DNA of 32,000 nucleotides, from the NCBI GenBank assembly GCA_964536865.1, contig CAZHYN010000006.1, forward strand, positions 39,172-71,171. The letters are read 5' to 3'. The notes beneath the pieces were generated by a model. It had not been told where the DNA came from. It worked only from the letters and a program-made list of their open reading frames with translations, and did no database searches. The stretch comes from an uncultured Planctomycetia bacterium (GTDB taxonomy: Bacteria > Omnitrophota > Gorgyraeia > Duberdicusellales > 4484-171). The translations under genes and the position numbers were made by a program. Of this stretch, positions 16,765-25,926 are shown one piece after another. Position 1 is the first letter of the stretch, and the number at the start of each line of letters is the position of its first letter.

Positions 16765-17571
16765 ATGAATGAGATAATAATTAAAGGCTTAGCAGTAATG
16801 GGAGGATTAGGATTAGCTTTTTCTGTTACTTTAGCCTATCTTAGTCATCGCCTGAAAGTAGAAAGCAATCCTTTGGTAGAGAAAGTATTAGACATCCTTC
16901 CAGGTATAAATTGTGGAGCATGTGGGTTTTCCAGCTGTCGAAATTTTGCCGAAGCAATAGTAGCAGAGAGAAAACCTTTTACTTGTATTCCTGGGGGAGA
17001 AGATGTAAATAGAAAAGTGAGTCAACTTTTAGGTATTCAAAGCCAAGAAGTTAAGAGAGTAAAGGCAGTAGTTCATTGTGGAGCAACTAAAGATGAGAAA
17101 AAAGTAAGTTCATTCTATGTCGGTCCTACCAGTTGTGCTTTTGTTGATATAACATTAGGAGGCTTAGATTGCAAATACGGATGTATTGGTTTAGGAGACT
17201 GTGTAAGTGTGTGTCCTGCAGGAGCAATTAGTATTAAGAGAGGAAAAGTGGTTATAGATATCAAAAAGTGTATTGGCTGTGGCAGGTGTGCTAAGGTATG
17301 CCCTCGTAATCTTTTTGAGTTAGTTCCTTGGCAGGGAGAATCGAAAATTTACTTTGTTGCTTGTAATAACGAGGAAAAAGTAGGCTACGTAAAAACTGTA
17401 TGTGAGAGAGGTTGTATTGGTTGTGGGATATGTGTTAGGATAAAAGATTCCCCCTTTTATTTACAGAATAATCTTTCTCATATAAATTATCAACAAATTT
17501 TCAATCAAGAGATATTAGAAGAAGCAAAAAATAAATGTCCCACTAAGTGTATTCAGGAGTTAGATGCTTAA
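16765..17571 (+). CDS. rnfB: Rnf complex subunit B (polyferredoxin)
   Basis: N-terminal TM; CGACGFSSC; several CxxCxxCxxxCP motifs (CIGLGDCVSVCP, CIGCGRCAKVCP). Confidence 0.88.
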   Translation: MNEIIIKGLAVMGGLGLAFSVTLAYLSHRLKVESNPLVEKVLDILPGINCGACGFSSCRNFAEAIVAERKPFTCIPGGEDVNRKVSQLLGIQSQEVKRVKAVVHCGATKDEKKVSSFYVGPTSCAFVDITLGGLDCKYGCIGLGDCVSVCPAGAISIKRGKVVIDIKKCIGCGRCAKVCPRNLFELVPWQGESKIYFVACNNEEKVGYVKTVCERGCIGCGICVRIKDSPFYLQNNLSHINYQQIFNQEILEEAKNKCPTKCIQELDA

Positions 17572-17962
17572 CCGAGAAGTAGCTCAAATAGTAAAGATAG
17601 ATACCAATAAGATTAAAATAAGATTTACAAAAAAATCTATGTGTAGTCATTGTCGTTTGAATTTCCTTTCTTCTTGCGGAGAAAATACTCTGATTTTATC
17701 TTGTCCTGATAAGCTCTTCTTAAGGGTAGGAGATAAGATAGAAGTAGGAGTGGAGGAGGAAAAGTTTTTGTTTGCCAGCTTAGTTTTGTTTTTTCTCCCT
17801 ACTTTAGTTTTTATCTTCTCTCTGATGGTACTTAGGTATCAACACGCAGTAATATCTTTTCTGGGAAGCCTGTTTTTTCTAGGACTATACTATGTTGTAT
17901 TAAAGTTAATTCTAAAAAAATTAAAGCTTAATCTAAGTGTTAAGATTCTAAGGAAACTATGA
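17564..17962 (+). CDS. RseC/MucC-family small membrane protein (SoxR-reducing-system component type)
   Basis: N-terminal Cys cluster MCSHCRLNFLSSCGE, then GDKIEVGVEE and two C-terminal TM helices. Overlaps rnfB by 8 nt and purN by 4 nt. Confidence 0.65.
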   Translation: MLNREVAQIVKIDTNKIKIRFTKKSMCSHCRLNFLSSCGENTLILSCPDKLFLRVGDKIEVGVEEEKFLFASLVLFFLPTLVFIFSLMVLRYQHAVISFLGSLFFLGLYYVVLKLILKKLKLNLSVKILRKL

Positions 17963-18564
17963 TGAATATAGCTATTTTAGCCTCAGGAAGGGGAAGTAAT
18001 TTCCAAGCAATAGTTAGAGCAGTAAAAAGAAAAAAACTTAAAGGAGCAAAAGTTAAACTTCTTATAACTGATAAGGAAGATGCTTACGTAAGAATAAGAG
18101 CCAAAAGGTTAGGTGTGAAAGATATCTTTGTGGATCCTAAGAAGTTTAAAACACGCCAGGATTTTGACAGAGAAATAGTAAAGATTCTAAATAAAGAAAG
18201 AATCGAATTGGTAGTTTTAGCAGGGTTTATGAGGATTTTAACACCTTCCTTTGTAAGGAAATTTAAAAATAGAGTATTGAATATCCACCCCGCATTACTC
18301 CCTGCTTTTAAGGGCACAGATGCTATACAGCGTGCTTACAATTACGGTGTAAAGGTTACAGGAGTTACTATTCACTTTGTTGATGAGAAAGTCGATCACG
18401 GTCCAATAGTTATGCAGAAAGCTCTAGAGATAAAAGAAGGAGAGAGTTTAGAGGAGTTGGAGGAGAGAATCCATCGTTTGGAGCATAAGATGTATCCAGA
18501 GGTTATTTCTCTTTTTATTAAGGGCAAGCTAAAAATAAGGGGTAGGCATGTTAAGATTATTTAA
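17959..18564 (+). CDS. purN: phosphoribosylglycinamide formyltransferase
   Basis: IAILASGRGSNFQAI, VLAGFMRIL, NIHPALLPAFKG, VTIHFVDEKVDHGPI. Confidence 0.9.
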   Translation: MMNIAILASGRGSNFQAIVRAVKRKKLKGAKVKLLITDKEDAYVRIRAKRLGVKDIFVDPKKFKTRQDFDREIVKILNKERIELVVLAGFMRILTPSFVRKFKNRVLNIHPALLPAFKGTDAIQRAYNYGVKVTGVTIHFVDEKVDHGPIVMQKALEIKEGESLEELEERIHRLEHKMYPEVISLFIKGKLKIRGRHVKII

Positions 18565-18973
18565 TTTACTTTTAGTGTCAAATTTAATTTTTGGATGTGC
18601 CTTTTCCAAAGCAATAGTTAAGGCGAAGTTAAGTAGAAATGAGGTTCGTACAGGAGAAAGTTTCACCTATGTAGTAAAAATCGAAGGAGATTTTTCTTCT
18701 CCTCGTTTAGAATTGCCAGATTTCGGTGAACTAAAAATAGTTTCTCAAAGTCAAACGAGAAATTACCTATTTAAGGGGGGAAAGATAATTTTGAGGATTA
18801 AGTTAACTTATCAGCTCCTTGCACCTCGTCCAGGAAGGTATACTATAAAAGGTGTGAAAGTGATAGATAAGGGAAAAGTTTATGAATCGAGGGAGTTAGT
18901 TGTAAAGGCGGTAGGTAAACCTCTTAAGAAGAGGAAATTTAAAGATTTTATAGAGGGAGCAGTTAGTATTTAA
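18548..18973 (+). CDS. small lipoprotein with a BatD-like N-terminal domain
   Basis: Lipobox-like LIFGC. The segment [23 protein letters not shown]...ELPDF resembles BatD-family N-termini. The family assignment is tentative. Confidence 0.4.
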   Translation: MLRLFNLLLVSNLIFGCAFSKAIVKAKLSRNEVRTGESFTYVVKIEGDFSSPRLELPDFGELKIVSQSQTRNYLFKGGKIILRIKLTYQLLAPRPGRYTIKGVKVIDKGKVYESRELVVKAVGKPLKKRKFKDFIEGAVSI

Positions 18974-18986
18974 GCTGGGAGGAGGT

Positions 18987-20258
18987 ATGGCTAAGATAAA
19001 AAGAGTATATGCAAGAGAAATTTTAGACTCTCGGGGCAACCCTACTGTTGAAGTAGAGGTAGTTTTGGATGATGGGAGTTTAGGAGTAGCAGCAGTACCC
19101 AGTGGAGCTTCCAAAGGAGAGCGAGAAGCTTTGGAGTTGAGAGATAATGAGAAGAAGAGATATTTAGGAAAGGGAGTTAAGAAGGCAGTAGATAATGTGA
19201 ATCAAATAATTGCTAAAAAGCTAAAAAGAGAGGAAGCAGACTTTGTTAGGATAGATAAAATTCTTATTGATTTAGATGGGACGAAAAATAAGTCTCATCT
19301 GGGAGCAAATGCCATTTTGGGGGTTTCCTTAGCAGTAGCTAAAGCTTCTGCTGCATCAAAGAGAAAATCTTTATATGAGTTTTTGAATAGAAAAGCGAAT
19401 TTGTTACCCGTACCTTTTATGAATATTTTAAATGGAGGAGTTCATGCTGATAATAATTTAGATATTCAAGAGTTTATGATTGTTCCTTTAGGATTTTCTA
19501 CATTCAGAAGGGCTTTACAGGCAGGTTCTGAGGTTTTTCATACTTTGAAAAAAATTTTGAAGGCAAAAGGACTTTCAGTAAGTGTAGGAGATGAAGGTGG
19601 GTTTGCTCCCAACTTAAAGCATAACGAAGAAGCATTAAAATTAATCCTCTTAGCGATAGAGAAGGCAGGGTATAGACCTTTAAAAGAAGTAGCATTAGCT
19701 TTAGATGTTGCTAGTAGTTCCTTTTTTAAAGGGGACAGATATTTTTTTGAAGAGAAGTTTAGAGACTCTGATTATTTAATTGATTTTTATTCCCGCTTGG
19801 TAAAAAAATACCCTATAGTTAGCATAGAAGATGGTCAAGCGGAGAATGACTGGGAAGGTTGGAAAAAACTTACTGCCCGGTTGGGAGGAAAAATACAGAT
19901 AGTAGGAGATGATATCTTTGTTACCAATAAAGAATTCTTATTGCGGGGGATAAAAGAAAAAGTAGCAAATTCTATTCTTGTAAAAGTAAATCAGATAGGT
20001 ACACTTTCTGAAACTTTGGAAACAACAAAATTAGCGTTAGTTAACAATTACACAGCGATAATTTCTCACCGCTCAGGAGAAACTGAGGATACAACTATAG
20101 CCCACCTGGCAGTAGCTACGGGTTGTGGGCAAATTAAGACAGGGAGTGTGTCTCGAACCGATAGAGTAGCAAAATATAATGAACTCTTAAGAATTGAAGA
20201 GAAGTTGGGCAAAAAGGGAATATATGCGGGTAAAATTATTCAACGTAGATTCGTTTAA
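18987..20258 (+). CDS. eno: enolase
   Basis: [51 protein letters not shown]. Confidence 0.95.
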   Translation: MAKIKRVYAREILDSRGNPTVEVEVVLDDGSLGVAAVPSGASKGEREALELRDNEKKRYLGKGVKKAVDNVNQIIAKKLKREEADFVRIDKILIDLDGTKNKSHLGANAILGVSLAVAKASAASKRKSLYEFLNRKANLLPVPFMNILNGGVHADNNLDIQEFMIVPLGFSTFRRALQAGSEVFHTLKKILKAKGLSVSVGDEGGFAPNLKHNEEALKLILLAIEKAGYRPLKEVALALDVASSSFFKGDRYFFEEKFRDSDYLIDFYSRLVKKYPIVSIEDGQAENDWEGWKKLTARLGGKIQIVGDDIFVTNKEFLLRGIKEKVANSILVKVNQIGTLSETLETTKLALVNNYTAIISHRSGETEDTTIAHLAVATGCGQIKTGSVSRTDRVAKYNELLRIEEKLGKKGIYAGKIIQRRFV

Positions 20259-20520
20259 ACTCTGGAGACTCATTATTGGTTTTATCATTCTCTTAATAGG
20301 AGTTGGGATTGTATATTTACCTTCCTATTTGCGTCTTAGGAGATTAAGAAAAGAGAATCAAAGGGTTATAGAAAAGATTGCTCATTTAAAGAAGGAGATA
20401 AAGACCTTAGAGACCGATGTAGAGAAACTTCAAAGTGAGTCATCTCTTTGGGAGAAGTTAGTACGGGAAAAATTAGGGGTAGCGAAAAAAGACGAAATAG
20501 TTATTGACATTAAGGATTAG
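20194..20520 (+). CDS. ftsB: septum formation initiator FtsB/DivIC family
   Basis: One TM helix followed by a coiled coil, and [16 protein letters not shown] at the C-terminus. The in-frame ATG at 20224 is a more likely start, giving less overlap with eno. The eno-ftsB pairing is common in bacteria. Confidence 0.75.
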   Translation: MKRSWAKREYMRVKLFNVDSFKLWRLIIGFIILLIGVGIVYLPSYLRLRRLRKENQRVIEKIAHLKKEIKTLETDVEKLQSESSLWEKLVREKLGVAKKDEIVIDIKD

Positions 20521-20531
20521 ATTGGTAAAAT
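20504..20531 (+). promoter_or_regulatory. sigma70-like promoter for the initiator tRNA locus
   Basis: -35 TTGACA (20504-20509, inside the ftsB 3' end), 16-nt spacer, extended -10 TGgTAAAAT (20523-20531). Confidence 0.5.
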
Positions 20532-20561
20532 TAAATCCGCATTTGTAATCATTTAAATTTT

Positions 20562-20638
<77 letters not shown>

Positions 20639-20767
20639 TTTCTATTAATCTTAATCTATGTTATGTAATCTTTATCTCGCTTACTATGCAAAAGCAATTT
20701 TGGATGCAATAAATAAAAGACTCCGCCTCTGGCGGAGATTGCATACAAATCGGCCCCCCGCAACCAT
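20639..20767 (+). repeat. module fMet-1: variable segment + nested hairpin + exact copy of tRNA-fMet nt 56-76
   Basis: CAAATCGGCCCCCCGCAACCAT at 20746-20767 equals 20618-20639. Outer stem ATGCAAT (20704-20710) / ATTGCAT (20738-20744), 10-nt internal loop AAATAAAAGA, inner hairpin CTCCGCC (20721-20727) / GGCGGAG (20731-20737). Confidence 0.8.
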
Positions 20768-20880
20768 CTAAATTTCTACCCGAGCTTTAAGAGATACTAC
20801 TTTTATATTATAGGCGAGCGTAATTTTGATGTGATAAATATGTGAACGTTTCAACTTAGGGAAGGTTGCACACAAATCAC
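20768..20880 (+). repeat. module fMet-2 (degenerate): keeps the hairpin 3' strand and T-loop part only
   Basis: GTTGCACACAAATC (20865-20878) compared with ATTGCATACAAATC (20738-20751). CAAATC recurs at 20873, 127 nt after 20746. The tRNA acceptor part is absent and only a weaker hairpin remains (20852-20868). Confidence 0.5.
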
Positions 20881-20958
20881 TTATCTATAACTCCTCCTTA
20901 ATATTTTTTTTATCTTGTTGATATTTTTTAGTTAAGTTAAAGAGAGAGTAAAAAAATA

Positions 20959-20987
20959 TTGCTTTTAATAAAGGATTTTGTTAAAAT
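20959..20987 (+). promoter_or_regulatory. candidate promoter directly in front of the 894-aa OMP gene
   Basis: -35 TTGCTT (20959-20964), 17-nt spacer, -10 TAAAAT (20982-20987). The ATG at 20997 has no SD sequence and lies about 10 nt from the -10. Confidence 0.35.
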
Positions 20988-20996
20988 TTAAACTAA

Positions 20997-23681
20997 ATGA
21001 GAATTTTTTGCTTTTTTTTAATTCTTTTGCTTTTATTTGTACCCTTAGGGGCAAAAGCTTCTTTAGGAAGTAAATACTGTGTAGAATTAGGAAGGAATTA
21101 TTTAAAGAAAGGAGATATATATCAAGCAGAGATAGAATTTAGAAAAGCCCTTCTTATAAATCCTTCTGAAGAAGAAGCAAAGAAATTTTTAGAAGAGATA
21201 AGAAGAGAAAAGATTAAAAAAACTCTGGATTTTTACTCTAAAGGCAAAGTTTCCCCAAAAGTGGTTTCTCCTCCGCCAAAAGAGAGTTTTTCCCCTGAGC
21301 CTTCTCCTCCTAAGAAAGAGACTAAAAGTGAATGGAAATTAGAGGGAGTATATCAGACAGGATTTGGAATAACTAATGATAGCTTCATCTGGAAAAGGGC
21401 TAACTGGGATTTGAACGAGGAAGATTGGCGAATTATCTCGAGTAAAGCTTACGATAATAGAGCAAATACTTTCGACCCAGCGATATTTACTCAAGTTAGG
21501 TTTCAATTAGATTCTCCTTCTCTAGAGGGGTGGAAATTCCATACTAATATTGATGTTAGTCCTTGGAGTTTTGTGGGTAAAAGCAACAAAGTTACTATAG
21601 AAGGAATTGATACTGGGACAGGTTTAGTTAGCGATAGAGTAGAGATTCAGTTAAAATACTGGGCAAATACAGGTTATACCGTAAATGAAACTTACTATAC
21701 TCTAGAAGATGGAGCGCCTCTAGGATTACCGGAAATAAAAGTTGTGAGAGGGAGAACTCTTCCTATGGAGATTTCTGGTATAGATTGGGGAGGCGATGGC
21801 ATTCCTGACTATACTTATAATCTTCCTGAGTTAGATATTCACCGAAGATTCTGGCCGTTAAGGGAGCTTTGGTTTGATTACAATTCGTATAATTTCAATT
21901 TTCGTCTCTTCCCTGTAGCTTTACAAAACCAGGCTTATACCTCTGACGATATATTAGGACTCTCCAATCATATTATTTGGTGGGAGGAATCTCCTTGGTT
22001 AGATATTTGGCAACCTGGACATGTAGATACAGGGACAGAACCTTTGGATTTCTTTAAAGGTTACTGGGATGATTCTTTAACTTGGCTTGCTAGAGATTCG
22101 CAAGGAGTTCGTCTTACCAATTTAAGAGGTTTTTCTTTCTCTTGGAACCAAGATAGTACCAGCTGGGATTTTACTTTCGCTTCTCCCAAAACATTATGGC
22201 AGGATTATGATGAGTTTAATACCTATGTAAGTGCTTTGAGAGGTAAGTATTTTCTCAATGATAACTTTTGGATAGGAGGAATTTATACTTGTAAATTAGG
22301 TTATAATAAGGGTAGTCGAGATGCTACTAACCAGGCTGTAGGAGTAGACCTTACTTATGGAGTTTCCAGTAATACCAAGGTGAGTTTAGAACTAGCTACT
22401 TCAAAATCTGTAAAAGACAAAATCTCTTCTTACAAGAGTGACTATCGAGGTAATGCGGTAAAGTTTAGCATCATTAGTTCGTCTGAAAGTGATATTTTTG
22501 ATACTGACTATTTTGGGATAAATCCCCCTAAAGATTCTGAAGCTCCCTTCTATAAGTTAAGGATAGAACTTACCCATATGGACGAGGGATTTGAGGCAGG
22601 TTTGTCCAGTTTCAGAGAAACCAGGGATGATATGTTCTGGTCACGACACCTCCATTTTAGAGAACCATTCAGATATTACTATGCTGGGTTATACGAACCT
22701 ACATTAACTTGGGATGACATAAGACCTTTCAGGATAGGAGATGGTATTGATTACGGAAGGGATGTGATAGGTTTAAGGATAGAAGGAGTTAACTTTCTAA
22801 AAGGAAAATGCGATTGGTTGTTTGATATAAGGAATATTCATTACACTAACGGTAAATATTTAGAAACGGTATCTCGCTTAGAGTCTACCTATAGAGCTAC
22901 TTCTAAATTAACGACTAAATTTTTAGGGATATACCATCATAAACCTCATACTGTGGGAGGTATCGATCCTTTTGTTTTTGATGTAGATACTGATATTTTT
23001 TATCTTAATAGGATTATTGAGGATGGGAAAGACCCATCTTTAAAGACAGTCTCCTTAGGGGCAGAGTATAAACTTTCTCCTGAGATAAAACTCTACGGAA
23101 TATGGGAACACACAAATGATTCTACAGTAGCTTACGATAACTTTCCTAGGTCTATCTTAAGAGATTCTAGTATGACTTCCTACTTAGAAGAGGGAACTCG
23201 ATATCGAAGAACATCACCTTTTCTTTACAGTCAAGAAAATTTTCCTCAACCCCCTTATCCCTATTTTAATATATTTAAAGCAGGATTAAGTTTTATGGTG
23301 AATGATAAAACTAGCATAGGACTTGATTGGACACACAATGACTATAAGTATGCTGGTCAGATAGATGATAATATAAACCATATTGGATTTGAATTAGAAT
23401 ACCTTCCTTGGGAAAAACTCTCTTTTTACTTCAAGTACGTTTACTCTAAATGGAATGATGTAAACAGACTTATAAGTGGGGAAGCTGAGCTTTGTCGGGG
23501 TCATCATAATTTCTTTACCGAATTACGGTATAGAGCAACTTCTAATGATGAATTTCTCTTTCAATATGGAGTGACCTCTAGAGGATTAATAGGTGAGTTG
23601 ATTTATGATCCTTATGGAGGAACCTTAGCCGTTTTAGATACCCAGCATATTTTTAGGATGTTCTATCGGAGGAAGTTTTAA
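20997..23681 (+). CDS. large secreted protein: signal peptide + TPR + Pro-rich linker + predicted outer-membrane beta-barrel (family unknown)
   Basis: MRIFCFFLILLLLFVPLGAKA signal peptide. TPR-like GRNYLKKGDIYQAEIEFRKALLINP. PPPKESFSPEPSPP linker. A long W/Y/D/G-rich region with alternating pattern. C-terminus ...FRMFYRRKF ends in Phe. Confidence 0.55.
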   Translation: MRIFCFFLILLLLFVPLGAKASLGSKYCVELGRNYLKKGDIYQAEIEFRKALLINPSEEEAKKFLEEIRREKIKKTLDFYSKGKVSPKVVSPPPKESFSPEPSPPKKETKSEWKLEGVYQTGFGITNDSFIWKRANWDLNEEDWRIISSKAYDNRANTFDPAIFTQVRFQLDSPSLEGWKFHTNIDVSPWSFVGKSNKVTIEGIDTGTGLVSDRVEIQLKYWANTGYTVNETYYTLEDGAPLGLPEIKVVRGRTLPMEISGIDWGGDGIPDYTYNLPELDIHRRFWPLRELWFDYNSYNFNFRLFPVALQNQAYTSDDILGLSNHIIWWEESPWLDIWQPGHVDTGTEPLDFFKGYWDDSLTWLARDSQGVRLTNLRGFSFSWNQDSTSWDFTFASPKTLWQDYDEFNTYVSALRGKYFLNDNFWIGGIYTCKLGYNKGSRDATNQAVGVDLTYGVSSNTKVSLELATSKSVKDKISSYKSDYRGNAVKFSIISSSESDIFDTDYFGINPPKDSEAPFYKLRIELTHMDEGFEAGLSSFRETRDDMFWSRHLHFREPFRYYYAGLYEPTLTWDDIRPFRIGDGIDYGRDVIGLRIEGVNFLKGKCDWLFDIRNIHYTNGKYLETVSRLESTYRATSKLTTKFLGIYHHKPHTVGGIDPFVFDVDTDIFYLNRIIEDGKDPSLKTVSLGAEYKLSPEIKLYGIWEHTNDSTVAYDNFPRSILRDSSMTSYLEEGTRYRRTSPFLYSQENFPQPPYPYFNIFKAGLSFMVNDKTSIGLDWTHNDYKYAGQIDDNINHIGFELEYLPWEKLSFYFKYVYSKWNDVNRLISGEAELCRGHHNFFTELRYRATSNDEFLFQYGVTSRGLIGELIYDPYGGTLAVLDTQHIFRMFYRRKF

Positions 23682-24647
23682 ATGGAAAAGAAGTATGCTA
23701 TTGGGATTGGTTTTAATCTTTTTGGAGGCCAAGCTCATCTTTTAAGGGAAGACGGTAAGATAATGGCTACTGCTCAGAAAAAGAGAAAGTTTGTTGATGC
23801 TAATGAAACTATAGGAGTTTTACTTTCTCTTTTTGAAGAAATAGTTAAGAAATCTGCTAAATATAAAGATGGTATTATCGGAGTTGGTCTTGCTCTTGGA
23901 GGAATAGTGAATAAGAAAAAAGGAGTGGTATATTGGCCGCAGAAGCAAAACGATAGCTGTGTTTATATTTCTCTTCCTTTTAAGCAGTACCTGGAGGATA
24001 AGTTTAAATTACCTATATTCATTGAGAATGATGCCAATGCTTCTGCCTTTGCTGAATATAAGTTAAATTATTCAAGCTATAAAAATTTAATTTATATGTT
24101 TTCTGGCGTAGGATGTGGTATTATTATTGAGGGTAAACTTTACAGAGGAAAAGATGGAGGTGCAGGGGAGTTGTTTGTAAATCCGCAAAGAGTAATGGCT
24201 TCCTCTTTGGGAGAGTTTATCTTCCTTTCTCAATGGCCCCAGGATTTAGGAGTAGTAAAAAGAGCGAAAGAGTTGATCTCTTTGGGTAGGAATACTTCTC
24301 TAATTAGAAGAGTAGATTCTGTAGGCAATCTATCTTTAGAAAGTATTATTGAGGAGGCGAAAGAAAAGGATAGAATTTCAAGAGAGATATTAAAAGAAGC
24401 AGCCTTCCCCTTAGGAGTTAAAATAGCTTTTCTTATAAATTTTTTAAATCCAGAGGTAGTTATCATAGGAGGAGGCTTTGAGGAAGCAGGAAATTTCTTT
24501 TTAGAAGAAATTTTAAAAACTATAAGAATTTTTTCTTTTAGTGCTTTGAGTAAAAACTTAAAAATAAGTTTCTCCTCTTTAGGGAGAAATGCGGCATCTT
24601 TAGGAGTAGCCTACTTAATTTTTGAAGAAAAAGCTTTACACTCCTAA
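23682..24647 (+). CDS. ROK-family protein with degenerate catalytic and zinc motifs
   Basis: ENDANASAFAE and GVGCGIIIEGKLYRGKDGGAGE fit the ROK signature. The N-terminal DxGGT is replaced by GIGFNLFGGQ, and the ExGH / CxCGxxGC zinc site is absent. Its start codon directly abuts the OMP stop codon. Confidence 0.7.
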   Translation: MEKKYAIGIGFNLFGGQAHLLREDGKIMATAQKKRKFVDANETIGVLLSLFEEIVKKSAKYKDGIIGVGLALGGIVNKKKGVVYWPQKQNDSCVYISLPFKQYLEDKFKLPIFIENDANASAFAEYKLNYSSYKNLIYMFSGVGCGIIIEGKLYRGKDGGAGELFVNPQRVMASSLGEFIFLSQWPQDLGVVKRAKELISLGRNTSLIRRVDSVGNLSLESIIEEAKEKDRISREILKEAAFPLGVKIAFLINFLNPEVVIIGGGFEEAGNFFLEEILKTIRIFSFSALSKNLKISFSSLGRNAASLGVAYLIFEEKALHS

Positions 24648-24655
24648 GAAAAAGA

Positions 24656-24679
24656 TGTTATAATTAAAGCTGTTATAAT
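24656..24679 (+). promoter_or_regulatory. two tandem perfect extended -10 elements
   Basis: TGTTATAAT at 24656-24664 and again at 24671-24679. SD AAGGAGGGG at 24691-24699, ATG at 24704. Confidence 0.5.
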
Positions 24680-24703
24680 GAACTTAAAGAAAGGAGGGGA
24701 ATA

Positions 24704-25903
24704 ATGGGGGCAAAGAATATACCCTTGATAATTCTCCTTGTTTTGTTATTGGTAAGTGGTTTTATTGCTATGAAATTTTATTCAGAAGCACAGAGGCTTT
24801 CTGAGAAGAATAGAAGTTTAGAGGAAGATATTGCTAAGTTAGTGCAGGAGAGGGAAAGTCTTTTAGATGAAAATGCTCGACTTGATAAGCGAACTAGAGA
24901 ATTAGAGAGTAGATGGCGTGATATTCAGGAGGAGCTTTTCAGGGTAGAGAGGGAAAAAGAGTCTTTGAGAAATAAGTATGAGCTGATAAGAAAAGAAAAG
25001 GAGGTTTTAAAGAAAAAATTAGAACAGTTATCTCGAAGAGAGGTATACCCAAAAGAGAGAGTTCAACAACCACCTCAGTCTCAGTACTGGGAAGATGTGG
25101 TAAGAGAGAAGGCAGAACTTCAGGCTAAGTTAGAAAAGTTAAATAAAGAGCTTCTTGGAACTAAGGCAAGGATAAATGAATTAGAGAATGAAAATAAAGA
25201 GTTAAGTATCAAAATAGATCAACTTTCCCAAGATAAGGAACGGTTAGAGAATGAGGTAGCTTTTAAAGAAAGAACTATCCAACTTATGAGTAAAGATTTA
25301 GTGAATGAAAGAGAAACACGTCACGCTGTCTCTAAGGAATTAGCTAAGTTACGAGAAGAGAATATGGATCTTAAACAAGAGATAATTTTAGTTAGAAAAG
25401 AACAACTTCAGGTTCAAAACAAACTTAAAGAAACTATGGAGGAAAAAGTAAAACTAGAAGAAAAGGTGTCTCAGATAGAAAAAATTCTAAAAGAGAAATC
25501 CCTAGTTTTTGAGCAATTAAAGGAGGAGTTAATTAAGGCTTTAAAAGGAGTTAGAGAAGGAGAGTCTGTAATCCAGCTTCCTCCTATTGTAGTAAAGCCT
25601 CATGAAGAAGGTGTTTCTAAGGGAGAAGTTTCTCAGACTACGAAGACTTCTACTATCTCTGGTGTAACGGTTCCTCTTAGGGGATCTATTCTCACCGTGA
25701 ATGAGAAAGAGCGGTTTGTAGTAATTGATCTAGGACAAAGTTCAGGGGTAAGAGTAGGAAGTAAATTTGATGTATTTAGGGGTGAATCTCTGATAGGTAA
25801 TATAGAAGTTGTAGAAACAAGAGAGGAGATTTCTGCCGCCGATATTAAAAATGTAGTTAAAGGATATTCTATCAAAGAGGGCGATTTAGTAGTTTCTAAA
25901 TAA
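24704..25903 (+). CDS. membrane-anchored long coiled-coil protein with a small C-terminal beta domain
   Basis: N-terminal TM IPLIILLVLLLVSGFIAM. About 260 aa of E/K/L-rich heptad-like sequence. C-terminal FVVIDLGQSSGVRVGSKFDVFRG..IGNIEVVE. Confidence 0.6.
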   Translation: MGAKNIPLIILLVLLLVSGFIAMKFYSEAQRLSEKNRSLEEDIAKLVQERESLLDENARLDKRTRELESRWRDIQEELFRVEREKESLRNKYELIRKEKEVLKKKLEQLSRREVYPKERVQQPPQSQYWEDVVREKAELQAKLEKLNKELLGTKARINELENENKELSIKIDQLSQDKERLENEVAFKERTIQLMSKDLVNERETRHAVSKELAKLREENMDLKQEIILVRKEQLQVQNKLKETMEEKVKLEEKVSQIEKILKEKSLVFEQLKEELIKALKGVREGESVIQLPPIVVKPHEEGVSKGEVSQTTKTSTISGVTVPLRGSILTVNEKERFVVIDLGQSSGVRVGSKFDVFRGESLIGNIEVVETREEISAADIKNVVKGYSIKEGDLVVSK

Positions 25904-25926
25904 TGAGATAAAAAACGAAGAAATCT

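Noticed and set aside
20194-20223. The first 10 codons of the ftsB ORF overlapping eno by 65 nt
   Set aside because: The in-frame ATG at 20224, just before the TM helix, is a more plausible start. The longer form is probably an ORF-calling artefact.
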